Assembly: GCF_004010195.1 (NCBI RefSeq)
Contig: NC_057747.1
Coordinates: 12,483,673 to 12,547,672 of the forward strand
From: Chiloscyllium plagiosum
Lineage: Eukaryota
Length of the DNA stretch: 64,000 bases
Direction: 5' to 3'
Position numbers and translations under genes: made by a program. A model generated the notes under the pieces. It was not told the origin of the DNA and ran no database searches. It saw only the letters and a program-made list of their open reading frames with translations. Below are positions 24,047 through 36,747 of the stretch, in pieces. Position 1 is the stretch's first letter. The number at the start of each line of letters is the position of its first letter.

Positions 24047-24210
24047 CAGAGGAACCTCGATTATCCAAACATCAGTTATCCGAATTTCAGATTATCTCTG
24101 AACAAGATCACAAGATACTGATTCTTGGCAAACATTGTGTTATTCGAACATTCAATTATTTGAATAAAATACTCCCTGCCTATGTTGTTTGGATAATCGA
24201 GGTTCCTCTG
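24047..24210. mobile_element. Tigger/pogo-type MITE, 164 bp
   Basis: Perfect 25-bp TIRs cagaggaacctcgattatccaaaca (24047-24071 / 24186-24210); TA on the left flank, CA on the right. Confidence 0.85.
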
Positions 24211-24457
24211 CAGAGAGCATAGTTTGAAAGGTCTTAAAACACACAGCAAAGGGAAGGTTCATCTATTATCCAACACCAACGCTTTACCGTGTTTCAGATC
24301 TGAAATAACCACCTTTCTGTATCAAATCTTTAAGTCTGACTTAACTTCCTCCCTGTGAATGAGTATTCACAAAACTGAAATCTTAGACTTTCTCAATCTT
24401 TTAACAATCTTCCAATGTTTAGGTTAACGCTCCTGTTGTAGAAGTTTCACCAGGTAT

Positions 24458-25240
24458 TTGCCCTCACAGCACCAGGGACTCAGGTTCGAGTCCAGCCTTG
24501 TCTGGCGTTTCCATATTCTCCCTGTGTCTCTGTGCTGCGTTCTTGCTGGGTGCACCGGTTTCCTCACACAATCCTTTGGAGTATCGTGCACAGTTTTGGG
24601 CCCAATATCTCAGGAAGGATGTACTGACCCTGGAGTGGGTTCAGAGGAGGTTCACGAGAATGGTCTCAGAAACAAAAAGCTTAACATATAAGAAATGTTT
24701 GAGGACTCTGGGTCTGTATCCAGAGTTTAGAAGGATGGGGAGGGGGGGGCGGTCTAATTGAAACTTACAAAATATGGAATGGCCTGGACAGAGTGGATGT
24801 TGGGAAGATGTTTCCTTTGGTGGGAGAGACTCGGACCCAAGGGCACAGCCTTAGGGTAAAGGGAAGACCTTGTAGAACGGAGATAAAGAATGTCTTCAGC
24901 CAGAGAGTGGGGAGTCTATGGAAGGTGGTGGAGGCCAGGTCATTGAGTATATGTAAGACGGAGATAGATAGGTTCTTGATTGTCAAGGGGTCAAGGGAGA
25001 AAGTGGGAAATTGGGGTTGAGCCATGATTGAAAGGCGGAGCAGACTTGATGGGCTGAATGGCCTAACTTCTGCATCTATGTCTTATGGTCTTATGATCCA
25101 CGGATGTGCAGGCTAGATGGATTAGTCATTATAACCGTGGTCTTTCAGGAATAGGATAGAGGACAGGTTCTTGATGGGATGCTCTTTAGAGGGTCGGTGC
25201 AGACTCAATAGCCTCTTACCCCACTGGTGGGATTCTGTGA
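24458..25240 (+). mobile_element. HE1-like SINE split by a CR1 LINE 3' fragment (about 24575-25095)
   Basis: SINE head at 24458-24572, CR1 RT C-terminus (LEYRAQFWAQYLRKDVLTLEWVQRRFTRM), SINE tail resumes at about 25096. Confidence 0.75.
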
Positions 25241-25526
25241 TAAGTGTTCACACAAACGTAACTGAGCATCCACTGAACTGTTCTATACTTTGTTCTTGGA
25301 GAGAAAATGTGTATTTAATTCTGACCCCAGTTGGGTGTTCACCCAAACTGCCCTAAAAGCTTTCAGTCTCTGGATTTTCTAAGCTAACATCAATTTTTGC
25401 TTATTCTAAACAAAAAGCAAACTAACAGTTTTCAATGTTTATTCTCCCTGTTGTAAACCCCACATTATGAACAATCTTCCATTAACATTCCAGGGGTTTG
25501 CTTATTCTCTGACATGAAGTAGATTA

Positions 25527-25825
25527 TGATGAGAAGGTGCCGGTGATGGACTGCAGTGGACAAAGTTAAAAATCATGCAACACTAGGTTATTCAGTCCAA
25601 CAGGTTTATTTGGAAGCACTAGCTTTCGGAGCACTGCTCCTTCATCAGGTGGTTGTGGAGCAGGATCATAAGACACAGAATTTAAAGCAAAAGATCACAA
25701 TGTCATGCAACTGAAATGGTATATTGAACAAACCTAAACTGCTGTTTTAAGTCTTTCATCCCTTAGAATGGGTTGCAGGTTTCGGTTCATTAATATGTAA
25801 ATCCCAGAACTTCTTTTAAGTTCTG
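25527..25825 (-). mobile_element. PLE 3' terminal fragment, family B
   Basis: Family B terminus with - strand core CTGATGAAGGAGCAGTGCTCCGAAAGCTA (about 25620-25648) plus adjoining body sequence related to 39375-40046. Confidence 0.75.
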
Positions 25826-26133
25826 GTTAAGATCATGGTTCTGCAAGGACTCGTTGATTTTGTATGTTTTTTTTGTGTGTTTTACACCCTTCTCCAAAGT
25901 CACCAACACCCAGATGCCTCTAGTTTGAAACCCTGAAAATGATACTGATTTACAGAGTTAAATCGTGCAATTTCATCACTTTTGTAACTAAACTTCGATT
26001 TTGGATAATGCTTCAGGTTTTGTCCAGTTGAACTAATAGATGGTTCCGAAAATAAATGGCATCAAATTAAAATGTGCACTTAAAATGCTGGAGAAAGATT
26101 GAGAATGTAACGTTTGAACCTTTTGTTGTGTAG

Positions 26134-26256
<123 letters not shown>

Positions 26257-27361
26257 TAGTAGGTAAATGGTAAAGTTTTATTGTCAGTTGGCAATTCTGA
26301 AATTGTACTGTAGTTTGACATTGTCTGCTTGTTGCTGCCTGTCAGCTTGAAGGTTTGTCCGTTCAGTGTTATAGGCAGGGTTTTGTTAAGATCATTTCAC
26401 AATAAGCCTGGGCAGCAGTCACACGCTATGTATCGGGGACATGGATTGTTAACCACTGGGTACTACAAATCAGTGGAATTTTGGATCGACATTTGTGCAA
26501 ATAACCTTCTGTCGGAGGGTTTTTCAGCCCGAAATGTTCCCACTGATTTCTCTCCACACTGCCAGACCTGCTGAGCTTTTCCAGTTATTTCTGTTTTTTG
26601 TTTCTGATTTCCAGCGTCCGCAGTTCGTTCTTTGTAATTAAATTAGTTGACTTAAACAATTACCAAGCATTTGCGGTAAAGCTTATGGAAGTGATTGGTT
26701 TGCATGTTTATATTACTTTAGCAAATGACCATTTTACTGTTGCAGCCAGATATTTTCTGTTGCTATCTGCTGTGGGTGGATGTAATCATGTTCTGAAATC
26801 TGAGTAACTAGATGTGAAATAAGTACTGAGAGTGTTATCTTCTTTGCTATGTCATTCACAACTAATATTCCAAATCTAAACTAGTTAGTCCCACATGCCT
26901 GCCCTTTCCCTACAGTCCGACTACAGTTGTATAAATGTTTCCATGTCAGGTATTTATCAACTTCTCTTTTGAAAGTTCCAATTGAATCGCTTTCGGAGAG
27001 TGCACTTCTGCAGGTTTTCGGACACAGATTAGCGGAAAATATAACTTTCTTAATTGTGTGATGTGAAATCCATCCTTAGCTCCTATCACTTTCCTATTGT
27101 GTCATCTGTTCCACATTTGACATTCTCCATCCCCCAAAGATGTTTTCCAAAACATTTTAGAAAGCAAATATTATGGCTGAGAAAAGAGGCACACTTTATC
27201 ATCTCGAATGTCTCAGGACGAAGTCGCAAGAATATCAAATGTCCAAAGGAGCAGCAGTTTATGCTGCATGAGAAGAGGGATGCTGGTTGTCTGGCAAATG
27301 CACTCTGGTGGAGACATTGCCATTGAGAGTTCACCAGGGAACAGATCAATCAGTCATCGGG

Positions 27362-27875
27362 TCACAGAGTCATAGAGATCTACAGCATGGAAACAGACCC
27401 TTCGGTCCAACCCGTCCATGCCGACCAGACATCCCAACCCAATCTAGTCCCACCTGCCAGCACTCGGCCCGTATCCCTCCAAACCCTTCCTATTTATATA
27501 CCCATCCAAATGCCTCTTAAATGTTGCAATTGTACCAGCCTCCACCACTTCCTCTGGCAGCTCATTCCTAACACGTGCCACCCTCTGCGTGGAAAAAGTT
27601 GCCCTTCAGGTCCCTTTTATATCTTTCCCCTCTCACCCTCAACCTATGCCCTCTACTTCTGGATTCCCCCACCCCAGGGAAAATACTTTTTCTATTTACC
27701 CTATCCGTACCCCTCATAATTTTGTAAACCTCTATAAGGTCACCTCTCAGCCTCCGACGCTCCAGGGAAGACAGCCCCAGCCTGTTTAGCCTCTCCCTGT
27801 AGCTCAAACCTTCCAACCCTGGCAACCTCCTTGTAAATCTTTTCTGAACCCTTTCAAGTTTCACAACATCTTTGC
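27362..27875 (-). mobile_element. CR1-type LINE 3' fragment
   Basis: KDVVKLERVQKRFTRRLPGLEGLSYRERLNRLGLSSLERRRLRGDLIEVYKIMRG, the typical CR1 ORF2 C-terminus; (ctctatga) tail. Confidence 0.9.
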
Positions 27876-29044
27876 CTGGTTTGAATTTAAACAAAAGCTT
27901 GGGGGATAACAGTCCTCTAATGAGTGTAAAACAAAACATTTTGATGACATGTCTCTCTTTAGCAGCAATATTTAACTTCTGTATTACCAAGGAACAAAAA
28001 GGTCATATTTCTTGCAGTGGAGTGATATAATACACGAGATATAATGTTGCAATTTCAGCTCCTTAGGGAAAAGTCCATCTCAAAAGGATTGCGCTGGGAA
28101 GATGGAGCAGCAGTTTCCAATCCAAGCTTCCGTTAAGCAAAACTCCAACTAAGACTTCAGGACTGCTTAATTTATCACTCTTACAATGGTTTTGAACTGA
28201 TCAAAATAAGTATCACTAAATCAATTAATTAAATGCCTCGTTCACCATCTCCTACTGTCTCAAAATTATTCCCAAGTTTTCCTTGGCTGTTCTCCATAGG
28301 ACTATAGAAATGATACAGAAGGGAGCCATCTTACCCATGTCGATCCAAAGACATCCAGATGCTCTTTCTCATCTCGTCTTCCTGTATCTGGCTCATGGTG
28401 CTGCAAGTTTCAGCACTTAAGGTTAAGTTACAGGTTCTGTTAAGAGTTTCGGGTCTGTGACTCCACCACCAACACAGGCAGTGAATTCCAGACACTCCCC
28501 ATCTAATCCTTCTGCCTCTCAGCTTGAATCTATGACCCTTGGTTTTTGAACTGTCTGCCAAGGGAAGGCAGGTTCCTCCTGTCTCCTCTATGTCTACCCC
28601 TCGCAATTTTGTACCCCACAATCCTGTCACCCCTCAACCTTCAGTGTTCCAAGGAAAACTTTCATCTTTGCAATTTTATACAGAGCATAAGGTGAAATTA
28701 CACCCACTTCAGCAGAATGAGATCAGCTGCTGTCATCTTGGCTATAACCTGGTATTTTAATACCACCGTGAGGTTTAACTCAAATATCATTTGGAGTTTG
28801 GAAGCAATATTATTGTAAATGGCCCAATTTCAAAGTGTATTGTTGAATGGGGACGGGTGATCAGAAAAAGGCCACGCAGTTGCATTGCTTATTCTAGTAG
28901 CTGGCCTGAATTTGGCTTCCACTGAGGGCAGGTCTCACTTTTAAGATGCTCATTTGTTTTAAATCCTGCCATCACCTCATCCTTTCTTACCTCTGTTATC
29001 TTTCCGAGCCCCACAACTATCTGAGATGTTGGCATTCTTGGAAT

Positions 29045-29171
29045 TCTAGGTGAAAGTGAGGACTGCAGGTGCTGGAGATCAGAGTCTAGGTTAGAGTGGT
29101 GCTGGAAAAGCACAGCAGGTCTGGCAGCATCTGAGGAGCAGGAAAATCCACGTTTCAAGCGTCGATTTTCT
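29045..29171 (-). mobile_element. PLE terminus fragment, family A
   Basis: 11-bp direct repeat attcttggaat at 29034-29044 and 29172-29182. Confidence 0.7.
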
Positions 29172-29460
29172 ATTCTTGGAATCTTAGCCTTTTGCAAATC
29201 CTTCCTCTTTATTGCTGCTTCAGTTGCCAGGGTCCCGATGGAAAGTCCCCCCCACCCTCGGTTCTCCATCTCCTTCCTCCTTACCTTGAAACCCAGCTGT
29301 TTGGTCATGTGACCCACTATCCCCTCACGTCGCGCAGTGTTGAGCTTTGATTTACAAGGGTCGTGAGCTTCCCTGGGATCTTTCGCTTTGCTAAAAATGC
29401 TGTGTTACAGTGTAACTGGGCAGATGTTGGGAAAACTGCAGTGTCTTTTCTCTCTGGCAG

Positions 29461-29565
29461 GTGCTGGTGGAACACAGCGGTTAACTAAAGCAGTTGGGAA
29501 GTCACTCGCGATGGAAATGGTCCTCACTGGAGACAGGATTTCTGCCCAGGAAGCAAAAGCAGCAG
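29461..29565 (+). CDS. ECHS1: ECHS1 coding exon 5 (105 nt)
   Basis: [35 protein letters not shown]; ggcag| acceptor and |gttgtt donor. Confidence 0.97.
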
Positions 29566-29765
29566 GTTGTTGGATTATTGAAATGTTGTTCTCCTCTCCG
29601 TCAACATCAGGGCATTTGGGGAAGCAATTAAACGTCAACTCCTCATTCATTAGTGTGTCCCACTCTGACTCACATCCACGATCCAAGTCATCACCTTCAG
29701 TACTGAGGGAAATTTTATAAAGTGAGGCCTTGTCTGTGTATTTGGGTGATGTAAACCATCTCAGT

Positions 29766-30150
29766 GTCATCGAGTCATAGAGATGTACAGCATGGAAACC
29801 GACCCTGTGGTCCAACTCGTCCCTGCCGACCAAACATCATAAACTAAACTAATCCCATTTGCCAGTACTAGACGCACATCTCTCTACACCCTTCCTATTC
29901 ATATACCCATCCAGATGCCTTTTAAATGTTATAATGTTATAATTGTACCAGCCTCTATCACTTCCTCTGGCAGCTCATTCCAGACACGTACCACCCTCTG
30001 TATGAAAAGGTTGCCCCTTAGGTCCCTCTTTCTCCTCTCACTTTAAACCCTTGGACTCGCCTACCCTGGGGACTATTCATCATATCCATGATTTTGTAAA
30101 CCTCTGTAAGGTCACCCTTCAGCCTCTGACGCTGCAGGGAGAGTAGCTCT
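29766..30150 (-). mobile_element. CR1-type LINE 3' fragment
   Basis: SLQRQRLKGDLTEVYKIM and the same 3' tail as 27362. Confidence 0.8.
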
Positions 30151-30925
30151 AGCCCACGTTCATTCCCAGCTGACACTAGTGGAATCCGATTATCCCCTGT
30201 TCCCGTTAGTGACTGTGGGACTTGCTGTGTGCAGGTTTGTCTGTCCAAGGGATTGCACTTTGGAAGAGTCACCATAGCTTGTGAAAGCTTTAGGATGTTG
30301 AGGGAACGGGAAAAGACCTCAGTGCATGTTCTTTCTTACACAGAAGTGAGCATCCAGAAATGGAGAGCTATCACCCACTAAGAAGAATCAAGTTAATCGT
30401 GTCCAAATTCAGGAATATTTTTGATTAAAGATATGACTGCAGTTCTGCTTTACAGTAAAGATTTTGAACATACAGAAAAAATGAGACCTTGCAGTATCCC
30501 TATTTTCTTTCAAGCTGTCGGAATGTTTTCTTCATAAACATTGAAATCGATTTGATTGATTTTTCACTGTATTTGTAATAAGCACATGTGACGTGTGGCT
30601 TAGCACTATCGTGACAATCATTCGAATCAGATTGATTTCAATATTTATGCTGAAAACACATTGGAGCTTAGCAGTGGTATTCTCAAATGCAGTGAAGTTT
30701 GGGATTTTGCAACAAATAGTCCACACTGCAAGGAGTGAAATTAATGCAAGTTACAAGTACTTGTGATTTGCCCAGAAGAAATAATGGATGCAGTTGGTTC
30801 TGTCATTTTGTGACACACAATGTGCAGCTTTTGAGTTGATAGATATATTCTTCAGTTCCCAAAGCTAAATTCCAACAGATTTACCTGGATACTAACATGG
30901 GACTGATGGTTTCTGTTTCCAAAAG

Positions 30926-31045
30926 GACTCGTTAGTAAAGTATATCCAGTCGCTGAAGTGGTGGAAGAAGCCATCAAATGTGGAGAGAAAATAGCGAGCA
31001 ACTCGAAGCTTATTACAGCAATGGCGAAGGAAGCAGTCAATGGTG
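30926..31045 (+). CDS. ECHS1: ECHS1 coding exon 6 (120 nt)
   Basis: [40 protein letters not shown]; aaaag| acceptor and |gtaaac donor, phases consistent. Confidence 0.96.
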
Positions 31046-31634
31046 GTAAACAGATTCATTCTTTATCCTCAGTCTTGTTCCAAGCAGCTATCTGTTTAAT
31101 AATGAGGTTTGAGACTTCTTTTACCAGACGTCAGTCAATTCATAATATAGATTCATTACTTCCTGCTTAATGAATTAATGTTTCTGTATAATTTGCAGAG
31201 TTTGTATAGTATTGAGATTTATTGCCTGTGTTTTAGAAAGGCGCAGTGCAATCTATTTATTTATTTATTTCAGGGAATGATTGATAGTCTGGTTCCAGAT
31301 TTGAGAAGCGTTACACTGCGTCTTTTGTGGGTAGTCTTTGGCTTTCCTTTCAGATTATTTCAAAATCCTAATTTTTGACTCTATGCTTACTTTCAAAAGA
31401 ACGAAATGATCTTTAGTTCAACTTATTCCCTTTGTTTCAAAATAATGTTGACTTTTTGGAAGCATTTCTCTGCCCCTTCAGCGTACTGCACATCAAAACC
31501 TCACTTACTGTTGAACTGGTGAGCATTTTCAGCTTAGTGGGTGAATTGGATTGCCTGTGAGGTAAGGTTGGAGATAGACTTGCTTCACTCACTCTCTTCC
31601 CTGGTACTTGGAGACCTGTAGTTTGCCCAGTGCA

Positions 31635-32215
31635 TAGAACATAGAAACAAAAGTTCCATTCAGCTGTCGATGTGCTTTGCCATTCTAGATCATGGCCAAT
31701 CGTCTATCTCAACATGACATTCCTGCGCCTTCCTCATGTCCCTTGGTGTCATTAGGAACTAAAAATCTCTCGAACTCTATCCTGAACTTACTCAATGACT
31801 GAGCTTCTGTGTTGGAGAAGATTTGCCAACCTCTGAGTGAAGAGCAACCTCCTCATCTAGGTCCTAAATGGCATGTCTTTTATTCTGAGACAGCGTCCCA
31901 TGTTTCCAGACTCTACAGCCAGAGGAGCATCCTTTCCCCATCTGCTGTCTGTCTCTTTAAGGATTTTTTTTATGTTTAAGTGAGATTGCCTCTCGTACTT
32001 CTAAACTCCAAAGAAAACAGGCCCAGCCATCTCCATCTCTCCACATAGGACTGCTCACCATCTCAGGAATCAATCTGGTGGACCTCAGCTGAATTTCCTC
32101 TCTGGCAAATATATACTCTCTGAGGCAAGGGGACCAGAGCTGTACAGAATACTCCAGGTGTGGTCTCATCAGCACTCTGTACAATTGAAGCAAGATTTCT
32201 TTGCTCCTGTAATAA
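31635..32215 (-). mobile_element. Older CR1-type LINE 3' fragment
   Basis: LQLYRVLMRPHLEYSVQLWSPCLR (CR1 RT C-terminal motif). Confidence 0.8.
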
Positions 32216-32516
32216 AAGACAACACACTATTTTGATGTGGAGCTTTAGCTCTGGACTTGTTATTTCATTCAGTCTGTAGTCACAACCAATTCATCTTGCG
32301 TTGAATGTTCTGAGGGAAAACTATGATTAAAATAGAGACTGTGAATAAAACCACCCCATAATAAACCCTACAGAAGATGATGGCGTTTAATGAGTTTAAT
32401 GTAAAATTGAGTTTGTTGTTGTATTGGGTTTATTAACATTCCAGTGCTTTCCTTAACAACCTTCTCTGTGTATAATTTTTCAGGGATTTTTTTTTGTAGA
32501 TGTTTAAAAAAATATT

Positions 32517-32815
32517 AGATTACATTACAGTGTGGAAACAGGCCCTTCGGCCCAACAAGTCCACACCGACCCGCCGAAGCGTAACCCACCCATTCCCCTA
32601 CATTTACCCCATGCTAAATTGCCTATCACTATGGGCAATTTAGCATGGCCAATTCACCTGACCTGCACACCTTTGGACTGTGGGAGGAAACCGGAGCACC
32701 CGGAGGGAACCCAGCAGACACGGGGAGAACAGTCAGTCGCCTGAGGCGGGAATTGAACCCGGGTCTCCGGCGCTGTGAGGCAGCAGTGCTAACCACTGTG
32801 CCACCGTGCCGCCCA
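32517..32815 (-). mobile_element. HE1/V-SINE-like SINE
   Basis: Well-preserved tRNA-like head (ggcggcacggtggcacagtggttagcactgctgcc on the - strand). Confidence 0.85.
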
Positions 32816-33106
32816 TATGTTGCCATCATCAGCAATCACTCATTAAGAATCCACCTAGAAAGTTCCGTGTCACTGGTCATGGATTCTGTGGGTCTTCACA
32901 TTGCAGATGAGTCCAATCCTAGAGTTGTATTTACAACTTTTCCATAAATACGGAGCTTGGAGACCGAATCTGTTTAGTTACTTTGTTGTTAGCAAATTAA
33001 AACTGCCACTTGCAAGAATAACAGCTCTTAAAATAACCCAGTGTTTCATGAAAACAAAAAGTGCTGGAGATCACAGCGGGTCAGGCAGCATCCAAGGAGA
33101 GAGAGC

Positions 33107-33147
33107 AAGCTAACGTTTCGAGTCTGGATGACTCTTCATCAGAGCTT
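33107..33147 (-). ncRNA. Minimal hammerhead motif in a family C fold-back element (about 33050-33250), ECHS1 intron 6
   Basis: - strand AAGCT-CTGATGA-A-GAGTC(ATCCA)GACTC-GAAACGTT-AGCTT: 5-bp stem I, 5-bp stem II, palindromic ACGT, GUU triplet. Confidence 0.7.
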
Positions 33148-33310
33148 CAACAGGTTCGCTTGCTCTCCATGGATGGTGGCTGACTCGCTACGATTTCCAG
33201 TATTATTGATTTTCAGTTCAGATTCCAGCATCTGCAGTAATTTGCTCCTACCCAATGTTTAGTGACCTTGATGCACTGTAGCTGCTTAACAGTTCGGTAC
33301 TTTATTTCAG

Positions 33311-33378
33311 CTTTTGAATTGACATTGGCAGAAGGAAACCGATTGGAGAAACGCTTGTTCCACTCGACATTTTGCACA
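33311..33378 (+). CDS. ECHS1: ECHS1 coding exon 7 (68 nt)
   Basis: AFELTLAEGNRLEKRLFHSTFCT; tttcag| acceptor and |gtaagt donor. Confidence 0.96.
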
Positions 33379-33463
33379 GTAAGTATCCTACATTCAATTA
33401 AAATAAATTGCACCCTCATTTACCAAGACTTCTCACTTACGCCATGTCAACTCTTTGTTTCAG

Positions 33464-33529
33464 AATGATCGGAAAGAAGGCATGAGCGCATTTGTTGAAA
33501 AGCGGAAGGCTAATTTCACTGACCAGTGA
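33464..33529 (+). CDS. ECHS1: ECHS1 coding exon 8 (terminal)
   Basis: NDRKEGMSAFVEKRKANFTDQ* after an 85-nt intron; matches the vertebrate ECHS1 C-terminus (DRKEGM.AFVEKRKANF.DQ). Confidence 0.97.
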   Translation, partial: NDRKEGMSAFVEKRKANFTDQ

Positions 33530-33678
33530 TTGTGTTAAGTTCTGAATTGCAATGCGAACCAAAATACTAACATCACTTAGAAAGGTGGAAGTTAATATTC
33601 GAAAGCTGGAAGATGATAGAGCAAGATTTGAAGTTTTCAAAATGACGCACAATATTACAATAACAGGTTCTGATTCCA

Positions 33679-33684
33679 AATAAA
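33679..33684 (+). terminator. ECHS1 polyadenylation signal (alternative AATAAA at 34093-34098)
   Basis: AATAAA 150 nt after the stop, followed by a T-rich tract. Confidence 0.6.
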
Positions 33685-35019
33685 TATTTTATTTTAATGC
33701 CTCAGCATTTTCCTTTATTTTTGTCAGGGTAACTGAGAGAGAAATATGAACAATGTTTTTAATCATTAGTGATATCTTTAAATCAACAGCCATTCTGTTA
33801 TGACTTCCACTTTCCACAAATCATTTCAGCTGTTTTTTTCTTTTGTCAAGTAATTTTACTTTAGCTCATTTTAAATGTTTTGTCACTGAAAAAGTAGATG
33901 TATCAATGTGTTGTAGGGTTTGTGGAAATACATTTGTTACAGCAGCAGACTGCAGCTAACAGCCTCAGGTCAACTCTGGATCAACTTGCATTGCATTGAA
34001 GTGCACCTGCGTGATTATACAAGGGGTGAGCAGTTACTTAATGAGTGGATTCTTTGTAAAAGGATGCGTTTTTAAGTACTTGAGTAACAAGTAATAAAAT
34101 ATTAAAATAAAGGCAATTTGCCCTTTGAGACTCTCCGAAAGCTTCAATGTGACAATTTATGTTTTTAAAGGAGCTGACTAGAGATGGATCAAAAATTAGG
34201 TTTTGAGAAGGCATTAGAATCTGGGAAGAGATATCGCTGGTGGAGAGAGTTTCAGAATGTAGGGTCATGAAAAAATTGTGAACTTGAGAGAGAACTCTTG
34301 GAGTTTGCCTCAACATTACCATTCTTATTCCCATGGTTGGTAATTCTAATAGTTGTTGAGAATGTGCACAATGTTTTGCATGTGTTTGCTATCACGAACA
34401 TTTTATGAATTTGTTTTCCCCCACACTTAGCCAGAATTTTCCATTTTTCTTTGTTTAAAGAGAAGCAAAGTGAAAATGTATCCTTATTTAAGGTTACTGT
34501 GTTTAAGCGTGTATTTTTCAGTCCAGCTATTTGCAGGTTAAAAGACGAAGAAACATTCTTATCCATGTCAAAAACGTGCTTAATACAGATACACAATGGT
34601 GCTCATGAAGGAATGATGGTCGCTCACTTAGTTTAATGTTAACTCCGTATGGGGTTCTGCTCCAACCTGTCTTCTCAGTGCCTGTGAAAATGACCACTTG
34701 GTCAAGTCTGCTGACAGTGTTGAAGGTCCTGTGAAACATTTGTTCAGGATCAGTAAGCACAATTGGCAAGGAGAAAAACCTTTGGAGGGATTGTGAAAAA
34801 ATATGACAATTCTTGGAAGATGTACTGGGATTTATTTTGTGTTGGTGGAGGAGATGGACTATGAACGGGATGAATCACAGCAGTTCAGACACTAGTCAGC
34901 AATCCATCAGCCGTGTCTTAAACACCTGCCACATTGTTTAGGTAATTATGTTATTATAGACGGGTATACATAATGACTTCATTGAGGTTGTCAAGCAGTG
35001 ACACTTTCAGGAAGGACAT

Positions 35020-35520
35020 TTTGGCACTGGAGCGTGTCCAGTGGAGATTCCATATGGATGATCCCTGGAACGGTAGGCCTAACGTACAATGAACGGCTGC
35101 GGATCCTGGGATTATATTCACTAGAGTTTAGAAGGTTGAAGGGAGATCTAATAGAAACTTACAAGATAACGCATGGCTTAGGGTGGATCTGGGAATTTGT
35201 TTCCATTAGGCGGGAGACTAGGACTTGTGGGCAGAGCCTTAGAATTAGAGGGGATCAATTTAGAATGGAAATGAGGAGACATTTCTTCAGCCAGAGAGTG
35301 GTGGGCCTGTGGAATTCATTGCCACGGAGCGCAGTGGAGGCCGGGACTTTAAATGTCTTCAAGGCAAAGATTGACAAATTCTTGATCTCTCGGGGAATTA
35401 AGGGCTACAGGGAGAGTGCGGGTAAGTGGAGTTAAAATGCCCATCAGCCATGTTTGAATAGTGGAGTGGACTTGATAGGCCAAATAGCCTTACTTCCACT
35501 CCTATGTCTTAAGGTCTTAT
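35020..35520 (+). mobile_element. CR1-type LINE 3' fragment
   Basis: LTYNERLRILGLYSLEFRRLKGDLIETYKI...RRHFFSQRVVGLWNSLP. Confidence 0.9.
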
Positions 35521-36576
35521 TGTCATACCCCATTGAGTTGGAGTCCTCCATTTTGGCTTTGCGGGAGAAGGGGCATCCAGTATTGAATGAACCTAGGCAA
35601 GAAAATCTGTTGTTAGATAAACAAATGGTAATAAAACTCAGTTGGCATTTAGCCATATGTAGCACCACCTGAACCCTATCTCCTCCTTCATCTTAATCCA
35701 CTGCTGAAGCCCTTTAGTGGTGCAGTAGGTAGTGTCCCTACCCCAGTTTAAGTTCCACCTGCTATAACATCTTTGTCCAGGTTGATTAGAAAAATGGGTT
35801 AAAAAGAATATAAGCCGCTGCTTGTTCGCTCACATTTTCCACTAATCGTGTGCTTTCTTTACCAACCTGCCATTCTCTATCTTTTATAAACCCCAACTTG
35901 GCCAAAACCTTTTCATACTTAACCTTGCCCTGTTTGATAATCCTGCTGCCTCATCACCTGACTCCTCGTTAATCTAAACTGTCTCTCCATCTCCCATTGT
36001 GTCCATTTAATAAGTGCTATTCTCGTCTTCAAATCCTTCTCACAGCCCCTTCCTGCAATTTTCTTCAGCTTTGTATTTCTCTCTGCTGGTGGATTTTAAA
36101 TTAAATCAGCAATTCAGGAATTTAAAACTCATCTGAAGCCATCATTAATTGTCATTAAAAACAGTTCAGGGTTCCCTGGTGCTCTTCAGGGAGGGAGGTC
36201 TGTTATCCTTACTTGGCCTCCATGTGACTCCAGTCCCACAGCAATATAGTGACTCTTAGAGACTCTCTGAACAGGCTTAATGCACCACTCATTCTGAGGG
36301 CTGAGCACAAAGGCCTTGCTAATGATATCCACGTCCCGTAAAAGGATAAATGTTTAAACGGTTGCCATCAATGATCGCATTATGTCACAATTTCATTTTT
36401 AAAATTCAGGCACAGGATATGGGCATTGGTGCCGAGGACAGTATTTCTTACCCAACCCTAATCACCCTTGAGAAGGTGATGCCTTTTCCAATACAACTGA
36501 ATGACCTGTTGGTCCACTCTGAGGGGAAGGTTTCAATCATCACCCATCTGAGATAAGGATAGAAGAGTGCTTTCCT

Positions 36577-36747
36577 AAGGTAGGACTGCAGATGCTGGAG
36601 ATGAGAGTCGGAAAGTAGGTCGGGCAGCATCTGAGGAGCAGGAGAGTCACATATCCCTGATGAAGGATTTATGCTGGAAACGTCAACTCTCCTGCTCCTC
36701 GGATGCTGCCTGATCTCCTGTGCTTTTCCAGCGCCACACTTCTCGAC
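36577..36747. mobile_element. Fold-back PLE-terminus element, family A
   Basis: Inverted arms; 9-bp direct repeat tgctttcct at 36568-36576 and 36748-36756. Confidence 0.7.
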
